Below are positions 9,867 through 18,372 of a DNA stretch of 60,777 nucleotides, piece by piece (within the stretch, counting starts at the first letter, position 1; each line of letters starts with the position of its first letter). The stretch is taken from positions 103,837 through 164,613 of the forward strand of contig CAYUNW010000001.1 in the NCBI GenBank assembly GCA_964446235.1, written 5' to 3'. The notes beneath the pieces were generated by a model that ran no database searches, was not told the origin of the DNA, and was given only the letters and a program-made list of their open reading frames with translations. The DNA is from an uncultured Gammaproteobacteria bacterium (GTDB taxonomy: Bacteria; Patescibacteriota; Microgenomatia; 2-02-FULL-39-11). A program made the position numbers and the translations under genes.

Positions 9867-9881
9867 AAAATTTTCCAATTA

Positions 9882-10367
9882 TTATAGTCCCATACGTGAT
9901 ATCAAATTTCCCAGAAAATGAGTAAAAAATACTACCAATATTGTAATAGTTAAATGTTCAATTAATACTTCTTTAATATTCTCTTTATGTTGTTTAGCAA
10001 TTATTGAACTTAAAATAGCAATTAATGTAAAACCCCATACGATACAAAATATTACTGCAAGGCTTAAATCAAATATCAATACTGGTAATACAAATGTTAA
10101 TGCTGTCAAAAATTTTGCTATAAATGTGCTGAAAGTCGACTCCCATATCTCACGGTGATTCTTGTTTCTGTCAGATTCTTCAGACATATGTATGCCTAAT
10201 GCATCGCTCATAGAGTCTGCTATCGCGATTATCAGTATCCCTCCAAGTACTGCTGTTTTTGAATGTGTACCAGAACTTAAACCTACCAACAATCCTAATG
10301 TAGTAATTATTCCCGATGTCAAACCAAAACTTACGCCTGTTTTTAGAGATTGTTTAATCTTTAACAT
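9882..10367 (-). CDS. VIT1/CCC1 family metal transporter-like protein
   Basis: FGLTSGIITTLGL, IAIADSMSDALGIH.SEES, multiple TM segments. Confidence 0.8.
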   Translation of the reverse strand: MLKIKQSLKTGVSFGLTSGIITTLGLLVGLSSGTHSKTAVLGGILIIAIADSMSDALGIHMSEESDRNKNHREIWESTFSTFIAKFLTALTFVLPVLIFDLSLAVIFCIVWGFTLIAILSSIIAKQHKENIKEVLIEHLTITILVVFFTHFLGNLISRMGL

Positions 10368-10899
10368 TTTTCCTTTTACTCAAAAATATTATTGTAGAAA
10401 TATTCATCATAAATGCAGTAAAAGCCATCATGGGTATAGTTATATAACCAAACTCCATTACAAAAAGTTTACTACATGCAACACTGAATCCTGTAACATC
10501 ACAGCTACCAATATTTATTAACCCTAATTGTGATAAATAATGATTAAACGAAACTACTACGCCAATTATTGACAACATCAACCCATAACGCAACGCTTCA
10601 TATTTTTTGTTTATTATTGCTAACAAATAAATAAAAACTTGTGGATACATGAAAATTCTCTGATACCAACATAGTTTACACGGCTGGTAACCGGCAATTT
10701 CTGAAAAAAAAAGACTCCCCAAAGTCGCTACCAAACTAACTATGAATACAATATATAAACGGTTATCATCAATGAATTTAATAATATTATTATTTCGGAA
10801 TTTTTTACAGAAATTTAATACGAAAATATATAAAACATAAAACTGACCAATTACAGTCAAATATGAAAGCAATTTATTTATAACAATTACCAAGTTCAT
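10354..10899 (-). CDS. dsbB: Disulfide bond formation protein B (DsbB/BdbC type)
   Basis: ATLGSLFFSEI.GYQPCKLCWYQRIFMYP, second Cys pair SC...CS, TIPMMA, 4 TM. Confidence 0.9.
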   Translation of the reverse strand: MNLVIVINKLLSYLTVIGQFYVLYIFVLNFCKKFRNNNIIKFIDDNRLYIVFIVSLVATLGSLFFSEIAGYQPCKLCWYQRIFMYPQVFIYLLAIINKKYEALRYGLMLSIIGVVVSFNHYLSQLGLINIGSCDVTGFSVACSKLFVMEFGYITIPMMAFTAFMMNISTIIFLSKRKNVKD

Positions 10900-10906
10900 T
10901 ATTTTA

Positions 10907-11311
10907 CTAAGGTATACTACATCCTGATTTTTCAGCTAATTTAGATAAACTCACCTCACCTTCCTCCCTTGTACCATCTCCAAATTCCCACGTAGGATAG
11001 GATTGAATATTTTTATCTTGGCATTCTTTATATTGTCCGTTTCCGTCTGGTGTAGAACATTCTATATACGGTACGAATTTCTGAGATTTACCAAAGCTTT
11101 TTTTCTGATTTTGACAATGACTACACCAAAAAGCTCCATAAAATTTTGCACCTTTTTCACTTAAACATTTAGCGAAAACGTCAAGTTTTCCCGGAGATTG
11201 TTGAATATAAATATATAATCCGATTAACATAATAACACCAGCAAAAATTAGCAAATTTTTGATATTTTTATTGAATTTATTCATAGTGGACATTATATTC
11301 TTTTGAAGCAT
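10907..11311 (-). CDS. Membrane-anchored thioredoxin-fold protein (VKOR-partner-like)
   Basis: FYGAFWCSHCQNQK, YIEC...C...I.SYPTW. Confidence 0.8.
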   Translation of the reverse strand: MLQKNIMSTMNKFNKNIKNLLIFAGVIMLIGLYIYIQQSPGKLDVFAKCLSEKGAKFYGAFWCSHCQNQKKSFGKSQKFVPYIECSTPDGNGQYKECQDKNIQSYPTWEFGDGTREEGEVSLSKLAEKSGCSIP

Positions 11312-11328
11312 TTTTGTACATTATCTAC

Positions 11329-12744
11329 TTATCCTGAAGGGTTAAATACCTGGCCAATAAATATTATAGATCCAGTATTATTTTCAGTAATAAGAAACAA
11401 GAACGGTTTATTTACTACCATATCAAAAGGTGTTTGGTCATTAATTTCAATTGCAGTTTTTAAACCAATTTCGATGCTTGAAGCTGCCGCTGCTTCGGTA
11501 CCTTTTTCGTTTACTTCAATATATGTTTTATGTTTTATCTTTGATATGTATAAATCGTTTTCCTTTCTAATCCTGCTGAAATCAGCTGTTAAGTTGCTAA
11601 ATGCTTCTTTTATACCAAGTTTTATAAAAACATCATTCATCATCTGTTCATATTCAATCCTAAAACCCGGCATTCTTAACAATCCTTTTCTACCGGCATA
11701 CTGACTTTGTAATTCGTTCCAATAATCTCCATTTAGTTTTTGTAATAAATCATTTATATCAATTTTAGGTAATATAACTGTCATCGCATAAGATGAATCT
11801 TTTCCATAAGGCAAAACTATCGACTGAAATTGATTGTTTTCTAAATAGATAAAGTTTTCCCTTTCCTGAAACATAAAAGGTACACTTATTCTATCCCCAT
11901 TAATCAAATCAAAAAAATCAACTGTGGTTTTCGTGATATCGAATTCATATTTCCATAATGCATTAAAATAAAAAGCATTTAACAAAAACATCACCGTATT
12001 ATTATCAATAGGAGGCTCTAGCATACCCTTTATCTTATTATTTGTTGTTTCTTTCACCCATAAATTTATGTCATCAACAGTTTTATTGTCTGAAAAATCT
12101 GCGAAATTGATATAAATATTATAAAAATCTTTATTTATATTCATAAATTTTTCATTGAAATCCTTACCTTGTCTGGCCAAAATTGAATTTGCTAACTTAA
12201 TTTCAATATCATTATTACCGACGTTTAAAACCTCGTTAAGAAATTTATTTTGTTGATTTATTTCATCTTCGGATATTTCTGCGTAGAACATCGTTTGAGA
12301 AATTTCGTTTTTCGTATTCTCACTTGCACCGTTATATAAAATATCCAACACCATTGATAATGAAATCGGGGAAAATAAAATATTTTCATTTTTATTATTG
12401 TTAGCGATTTTATTTAATAAGTTAAAAGCAAAATAATTATGAGACAAAACTACCTTATTAATATTTTCTAAAGGTACTTCTGTCGGTTGTATAGTTATTT
12501 GCATATATGGAGTTGGTAATAATTCCTGTCGATTTTTGATATTATTAATCACTTTTATACTGAATACGAAGATTATTATTAGAAAAGTTATCAGTATTAA
12601 ATATATACTTTTATATTTGAAGAAAATTCTTTTTAATATTAAGTTTTTATTTGTAAGAAAATTTTGTATTTTTTGATTATCTGGAATTTGATTTGTCTTG
12701 TCAGATATATTATTGTCTTTTAGGGAAGTTAAGTCTTGGATCAT
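11329..12744 (-). CDS. Serpin with an N-terminal TM anchor
   Basis: NILFSPISL, INLWV...TNNKI, LLNAFYFNALW, hinge EVNEKGTEAAAAS, VNKPFLFLI...TGSIIFIGQV. Confidence 0.93.
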   Translation of the reverse strand: MIQDLTSLKDNNISDKTNQIPDNQKIQNFLTNKNLILKRIFFKYKSIYLILITFLIIIFVFSIKVINNIKNRQELLPTPYMQITIQPTEVPLENINKVVLSHNYFAFNLLNKIANNNKNENILFSPISLSMVLDILYNGASENTKNEISQTMFYAEISEDEINQQNKFLNEVLNVGNNDIEIKLANSILARQGKDFNEKFMNINKDFYNIYINFADFSDNKTVDDINLWVKETTNNKIKGMLEPPIDNNTVMFLLNAFYFNALWKYEFDITKTTVDFFDLINGDRISVPFMFQERENFIYLENNQFQSIVLPYGKDSSYAMTVILPKIDINDLLQKLNGDYWNELQSQYAGRKGLLRMPGFRIEYEQMMNDVFIKLGIKEAFSNLTADFSRIRKENDLYISKIKHKTYIEVNEKGTEAAAASSIEIGLKTAIEINDQTPFDMVVNKPFLFLITENNTGSIIFIGQVFNPSG

Positions 12745-12847
12745 AAATAGATTATAACAAATAAATAATTATGAAATTTAATATTTTGAAAATCACACTT
12801 ACAGTTTATGGCATAAATTTATAAATGTATTTTGAAAATTTTAAAAA

Positions 12848-14146
12848 ATGAATCAATCAGGAATAATTAAATCTTTTATAAAAAAAAGCAGTTTCTCTGT
12901 AAAAGCTACCGGTTATAGTATGCAACCAATATTAACTCCGAAAGATTTACTTTTTTTTAAAAAAAATTCATTTTCAAATATTCAAATAAATGACATTATC
13001 ATAGTCAAAAAATCTGATAAATACCTAGTTCATAGAGTTATTTATAAAAATAGTAAATATCTAGTTACAAAAGGTGATAATAATCCTTACACTGATGGTG
13101 AAATCAAACCTCATCAAATAATCGGTAAATTATTTAAAATTCAAAGAAATAATAGAGAACTTCATCCTGACACGATATATCTAATACAATCAACTCAATA
13201 TCTGAAAGAAATTATAAAAATAAAAAATGAATTTGAAAAAAAAGGGATTGATTACCTATTTTTAAAAGGCCTCCCTCTTCATCTATATTATGAAAAAAAA
13301 ATACCAAGAAGATTGTATGCGGATTGTGATATTTTGGTTAACCAAAAACAAATTACCTTAATCAGAAAAATTTTGTTAAATAATGCATATGTTGAAACAA
13401 ATAATCTATTAACCAATTTTCATTCCAAATTTAAAAAGATTGATACACAAATTGTCTTTTTTAAAAAAACGAGGCACTTTTCAATTATTTTTGACATTCA
13501 TATATTACCAATATTCTTATCAAACCAATTAGGTTATTTGAATTCATTATATCCAACAGAAATAACCAAACAGATACCGAACGAATTCCTTAAAAATAAA
13601 ATTAAAATTAATATTGCTGATAACATTTTTTATATCCTTAACAGTTCAGATTTAATCATATTTCTATGTTTTCATTTTTTTCATCATAACTACAAAAGCA
13701 TTACACAACTATATTTTATATATAATGTAATCAATGAACTTTCACAAAAAAATAATTCTAAACTTTTATGGAATAATGTTTTCTTAAAACTTAAAAAGTA
13801 TAAGTTAATTAATTATTTATATCCTGTATTTATATGCCTAAAAAAATACTTCAACATCAAATATCCAAAGAATTTTATATCCTCTATCAAACCAAAGTCT
13901 AAAATTATAAATTGGTACTATCAAAAAGTAATTTTTAAAAATATGAATGTTTTTACTGTTGAAAATAGAATATCTGGAGGAATGAATAAATTTATGAATT
14001 TATTTTTTTTATCTGATGAAAAATTCAGTAAAAAAATATTCATTTTTTTTAATCCTTTAATTATTTTTTCGATTTTTTTTGTGTTTTATGTTAAGTTTAA
14101 ATCTATATTTAAAAAGTATCGCTATAAAAATAATTATATCTATTAA
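12848..14146 (+). CDS. S26-type (Sec11/SipW-like) peptidase domain fused to an NTP_transf_5-like nucleotidyltransferase
   Basis: TGYSMQP, LVHRV, TKGDNN..D in the first 100 aa, then LFLKG, RLYADCDILV, FDIH. Confidence 0.7.
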   Translation: MNQSGIIKSFIKKSSFSVKATGYSMQPILTPKDLLFFKKNSFSNIQINDIIIVKKSDKYLVHRVIYKNSKYLVTKGDNNPYTDGEIKPHQIIGKLFKIQRNNRELHPDTIYLIQSTQYLKEIIKIKNEFEKKGIDYLFLKGLPLHLYYEKKIPRRLYADCDILVNQKQITLIRKILLNNAYVETNNLLTNFHSKFKKIDTQIVFFKKTRHFSIIFDIHILPIFLSNQLGYLNSLYPTEITKQIPNEFLKNKIKINIADNIFYILNSSDLIIFLCFHFFHHNYKSITQLYFIYNVINELSQKNNSKLLWNNVFLKLKKYKLINYLYPVFICLKKYFNIKYPKNFISSIKPKSKIINWYYQKVIFKNMNVFTVENRISGGMNKFMNLFFLSDEKFSKKIFIFFNPLIIFSIFFVFYVKFKSIFKKYRYKNNYIY

Positions 14147-14242
14147 TACTTAAGTCCAATATTATTATAAAAAATGGCAATTCAAAAAATTGAAAATTAT
14201 CCTTAAATTTTTTAATAAATTATAATAATTAATCGAAAAAAT

Positions 14243-15163
14243 TTAAGAGTGAACAATTGGTGAATTAAGATCTATATGCACTTTCACAACATTAGATACC
14301 TCCTTCACTATTTGAAGATGAATTTTATCAAAAATTTTTTCTATCTCGGAAGTCTTCAAATCGTCTTTCAAATCAATATCCAAATCTACATAAATTTGAT
14401 CGCTTCCTGAATAGATAGCTGAAATTTTATTTATGGAAAAAACTTCCGGTACACTCTTAACTGCAATTCTAATTCTTGCATGAATTTCCTTCGGAACGCT
14501 TTGACCAACAATTAAATATTTTGATTGGATAATTAATATAACAGCAAATAAGATAATTAAGCATCCGATAACAATTGCCCCAATTGCATCAAATAGTATT
14601 ATTCCGAAAAGATCATACAATAATATCGATATTAAACCTACAAAAGCTGATATCGTTCCTAAACAATCACGAATCAGAGACGTCTTTACTAATTGTCTGC
14701 TTGATTGATGAAATGCTTGTAATAAAGATAGTTCTTTCTGATATATTTTTTTTAAACCTTGACTGAACGAATATCCATTTGAAAATAAGGAAACTATTAA
14801 TACAGTTAAAGCAATCCACTTATATTCTAACGGTTGAGGCTTAAATAACTGGTCTAAACCCCTCCAAATAGATAATCCACTACCGAAAAAAAGCATAACT
14901 GTAGAAGATAGCAAAGCCCAAAAAAAGATTTCCCTAGCATGCCCATGCGGATGTCTTTCGTCTCTTGGTAATTTTGAGTTATAATAACCGATTACTAATA
15001 ATGATGAGCCGATTGAATCTGCTATTCCTTGTACAAACACGGTAAATACCACCGCGCTGCCCGTTATAAGACTGACAACCAAATTAGTGGAAATATCAAG
15101 TAAATCAACGATAAATGAAATAAGTAAAACCCTTTTTGTAGAAATATTATCATTCGGATGCAT
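14243..15163 (-). CDS. Cation diffusion facilitator family transporter
   Basis: TGS......IADS, D.RHPHGHARE.FFW, RD..G, FDAIGA, C-terminal V..V..I..IYSG..IYVDLDI...VHID. Confidence 0.88.
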   Translation of the reverse strand: MHPNDNISTKRVLLISFIVDLLDISTNLVVSLITGSAVVFTVFVQGIADSIGSSLLVIGYYNSKLPRDERHPHGHAREIFFWALLSSTVMLFFGSGLSIWRGLDQLFKPQPLEYKWIALTVLIVSLFSNGYSFSQGLKKIYQKELSLLQAFHQSSRQLVKTSLIRDCLGTISAFVGLISILLYDLFGIILFDAIGAIVIGCLIILFAVILIIQSKYLIVGQSVPKEIHARIRIAVKSVPEVFSINKISAIYSGSDQIYVDLDIDLKDDLKTSEIEKIFDKIHLQIVKEVSNVVKVHIDLNSPIVHS

Positions 15164-15216
15164 ATTATTGATAATCTATCATAACATGTAAATTTTCACT
15201 TATAAAACTTCACCGG

Positions 15217-15245
15217 TTGACAATACATATATATAAAATTAAAAT
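15217..15245 (+). promoter_or_regulatory. Sigma70-type promoter of dsbA
   Basis: TTGACA, 17 nt, TAAAAT. An SD AAGGAG precedes the ATG. Confidence 0.7.
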
Positions 15246-15285
15246 GTTTTGTATATTTTTATGATTTTAAAAAGGAGCAATCTAT

Positions 15286-16050
15286 ATGAAAAAAAATATG
15301 GAACCGATTAATAAAGATTCTTTACTGAATAATCCGAAAATTATAATATTTTTAGGAATATTACTTTTAGTAATGACTTTTTTTTCAGGCACACTATGGA
15401 CAAAAGTCAATTATCTTGAAAAAAACCAACAGAAAACAGCTGAAGGTGCTGATGCAGAAATTATTGATGAAGGTATAGACGCGGATAAACCGGTTGATAT
15501 TGATAAAATATCAGATAAAGATCATGTATATGGCGACAGAAATTCTAGAATAATTCTTTTTGAATATTCGGATTTTGAATGCCCTTTTTGTAAAAAATTT
15601 CATCTGACAGCAAAAGAAGTTGCGGATGAATATAAAGGTAAAGTAGCCTGGGTATACAGACATTTCCCTCTTGATCAACTTCATCCAAAAGCTAGAAAAC
15701 AAGCAGAGGCGTCTGAATGTGCTGCAGAAATTGGAGGAAATGATGGTTTTTGGAAGTTTTCAGACAAAATATATGAGATTACCCCTTCAAATAACGGACT
15801 TGATATGGATAAGTTACCTGAATATGCTATGCAAGTTGGTTTGGATAAAAATAAATTTAAAGAATGTTTGGATAGCGGTAAATATGCACAAAGAGTTGAA
15901 GCAGATTATCAAAGTGGGATAAAAGCAGGTGTTAGAGGCACTCCTGGAACAATACTTTTAGATACAAAAACAGGAAAAACAAAAGTATTACCAGGAGCCG
16001 TACCCAAAGAGATGATCACTCAACCAATAGAAGAACTTTTAAAAAATTGA
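15286..16050 (+). CDS. dsbA: DsbA family thiol-disulfide oxidoreductase (BdbD-like)
   Basis: N-terminal TM, EYSDFECPFCKKF, YRHFPL..LHP, GVRGTP. Confidence 0.9.
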   Translation: MKKNMEPINKDSLLNNPKIIIFLGILLLVMTFFSGTLWTKVNYLEKNQQKTAEGADAEIIDEGIDADKPVDIDKISDKDHVYGDRNSRIILFEYSDFECPFCKKFHLTAKEVADEYKGKVAWVYRHFPLDQLHPKARKQAEASECAAEIGGNDGFWKFSDKIYEITPSNNGLDMDKLPEYAMQVGLDKNKFKECLDSGKYAQRVEADYQSGIKAGVRGTPGTILLDTKTGKTKVLPGAVPKEMITQPIEELLKN

Positions 16051-16149
16051 TTTAAAAAATTAATTATCAAAAAGACTTCCAGTAACTTGAAAGTTTTTTT
16101 GTGGTTTGATAGTTAGCTGATTAATAATATAATAATACCTACATTATAT

Positions 16150-16356
16150 ATGTGTTTTTCTATACCAATTAAAATTACCAGGGTAGAAAAAGGATGGATA
16201 TACCTTGAAAACGGTAATAAAATAAAATTAACCAGATCAGTAACGGCTAAAAAGGGCGATTATGTAAGATATGCCGGAAATGTTATTATAGATTTCTTAA
16301 CAAATAAAGAAGGATTGGAGATTAGAAAATTAATTAAACATATATATAGAAATTGA
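16150..16356 (+). CDS. hypC: HypC/HupF family chaperone (His-less variant)
   Basis: MCFSIP.KI N-terminus with Cys2. GDYVRYAGN replaces GxxVLVHVG. Confidence 0.75.
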   Translation: MCFSIPIKITRVEKGWIYLENGNKIKLTRSVTAKKGDYVRYAGNVIIDFLTNKEGLEIRKLIKHIYRN

Positions 16357-16357
16357 T

Positions 16358-17239
16358 ATGTCCAAAGGTTTGTTTTTTGCATTATTTGCCGCATTTATTT
16401 CCGGCTTCTCAATATTTTTAAATAAAATCCTGATAGTAAAAGGTATCCAACCTCTACCTTTAAACATAATTAAAAATTCCATCGCTTTGCTTATCATAAG
16501 TATTACTTTGTTAAAATTGAATAAATCTAAATTCCCATTAAACTCACAAATATGGCGTAATTTGATAATTATCGGAATCTTGGGTGGAGGAATACCCTTC
16601 ATACTTTTTTTCGAAGGATTGAAAATGATACCGGCAATAAACGCGGCGTTAATCCATAAAACTCTATTTATCTGGGTTGGAATATTTGCATTTTTATTCC
16701 TTAAAGAAAAAATCAGTCAATTCCAATTGATAGGTTATTTACTGATATTTGGAAGTAATTTTCTCATCAATGATTCAAAAAATATCGGATTTGAGTCAGG
16801 TGAAATTTTGATATTGACTGCTACAATATTATGGTCCTTGGAAAATATATTATCAAAAACTGTAATCGCAAAAACTGGCAGCCTTATCATATGCTGGTCT
16901 AGAATGTTTTTCGGATTAATACTATTATTTGTATTTTCCCTAATGACAAACCAAACTTCTGCAATTTTTACGCTTAATATCAATCAGTTAACTGTACTCT
17001 TTGTGTCAGGTGTGATGTTGGCTTTTTTTGTGATGTCTTTTTATAAATCGCTTGAATATCTACCGGTAAGCCTTTCTACAGCAATACTAGTATTATCTAC
17101 GGTAATTACCAATATGTTGACTACGGTATTTATAACACGTCAATTTCCAATAAATGAATCTGTCTTCAATATTTTCAATATATCCATTGTGTTTATGATA
17201 TACTGGATATTTAAATCAAAACAATATAAAGTGATCTAA
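16358..17239 (+). CDS. DMT/EamA family transporter
   Basis: About 10 TM segments in two repeats: LFFEGL....AA...., LKEKI. Confidence 0.88.
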   Translation: MSKGLFFALFAAFISGFSIFLNKILIVKGIQPLPLNIIKNSIALLIISITLLKLNKSKFPLNSQIWRNLIIIGILGGGIPFILFFEGLKMIPAINAALIHKTLFIWVGIFAFLFLKEKISQFQLIGYLLIFGSNFLINDSKNIGFESGEILILTATILWSLENILSKTVIAKTGSLIICWSRMFFGLILLFVFSLMTNQTSAIFTLNINQLTVLFVSGVMLAFFVMSFYKSLEYLPVSLSTAILVLSTVITNMLTTVFITRQFPINESVFNIFNISIVFMIYWIFKSKQYKVI

Positions 17240-17254
17240 TATCAGTATGAAAAA

Positions 17255-17986
17255 ATGAAATACGCTGGACCGGTGTTATGTGCCAGATACGCATACCCCC
17301 CAAATTCACTCCATCTGTGCGGTCCTGAAAAAGTTAAGGACCTGCAGTATTATTCTAAATCTTTAATATATGATAAAGGAACTTATGAAATAATCAAAGG
17401 CTTTAAAACTTTATACCCATATCTTCTATTGATAGCATCTGAGAATCATATTAAAGATCCGTTTCATCCAAAAGTCGTTGATGCGTATTGGATAGGAAAT
17501 AATCTTTTGACAAAAATAAATTTCAGAAATTACGCTAAATTGTTGGAAGAAAAATTTCTATTAAATAAACGTATAAAATCAAAACAATATAATAAATTAA
17601 TAAAAAAAGTCATCGACTATCCATTGCCAAATCATGCTTTCCATGTTTTAAACATTTATAAAAGAACAAATCATTCTCAAAATGTACATTCATTGGAATC
17701 AATGAATATGTGTTTAATCAATTATGGTCAAATTACATATATAAACAACAATAGTATCATCATAATTGCAAAATTATTAAAATACTTTAAAAGCAAGCTT
17801 GTATTTGGCAAAATCGAAACTCTCAATATCCTTCCACAGGCTACAAATGATCAAGAATTAAAGCTGCTTTCAGTAGGTGATTTTATCAGTTTTCATTGGG
17901 GATATTTATGTGAAAAATTAAACATCGAAAAATTAAATCGTCTGAAATACTATAATCAACTTGCCTTAAATTTTGCCAATAATTAA
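17255..17986 (+). CDS. DUF6390-like protein with a C-terminal HypC-like domain
   Basis: RYAYPPN.L.LCGP, LYPYL.LIA......DPF...VV.AYWIGN.LL, PNHAFHV, GDFISFHWG..C. Confidence 0.75.
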   Translation: MKYAGPVLCARYAYPPNSLHLCGPEKVKDLQYYSKSLIYDKGTYEIIKGFKTLYPYLLLIASENHIKDPFHPKVVDAYWIGNNLLTKINFRNYAKLLEEKFLLNKRIKSKQYNKLIKKVIDYPLPNHAFHVLNIYKRTNHSQNVHSLESMNMCLINYGQITYINNNSIIIIAKLLKYFKSKLVFGKIETLNILPQATNDQELKLLSVGDFISFHWGYLCEKLNIEKLNRLKYYNQLALNFANN

Positions 17987-18372
17987 TGAAAAGAAATATC
18001 TATTTTTGCGAAAATAACATCGAGACTAAAGACCAATTACCGAAAGGATTAATAGTAAAATTACAGAAAAGATTCCCAACAATAAATTTTTTGCATTTTG
18101 ATCCCAATGAAGAGTTTGTAAAACCTGAAAAAGATCTGGTAATTATCGATACAGTTTATGGAATAAAAGAAATACGGATATTTAAAAACCTACAACACCT
18201 TCAACTTTCTCCCAGAGTTACAATGCATGATTATGACTTATCTATACATTTAGGTATCATGAAAAAATTAGGAAAAATAAATAAGATTAAGATCGTGGCA
18301 ATCCCAATTAATATTACGACTAATCAAATATATAAAAAACTAGAATTTATGATTTCTTCCAACGAAATTTAA
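17986..18372 (+). CDS. Hydrogenase maturation endopeptidase-like protein (HyaD/HycI, peptidase A31)
   Basis: N....KD, LVIIDTV, TMHDYDL, KIVAIP. The acidic/Asp/His metal triad appears retained. Confidence 0.65.
   Translation: MKRNIYFCENNIETKDQLPKGLIVKLQKRFPTINFLHFDPNEEFVKPEKDLVIIDTVYGIKEIRIFKNLQHLQLSPRVTMHDYDLSIHLGIMKKLGKINKIKIVAIPINITTNQIYKKLEFMISSNEI

Noticed and set aside
12775-12845. Repeated TTTTGAAAAT in the serpin/peptidase divergent spacer as an operator
   Set aside because: Low-complexity AT-rich sequence, expected by chance at this base composition.
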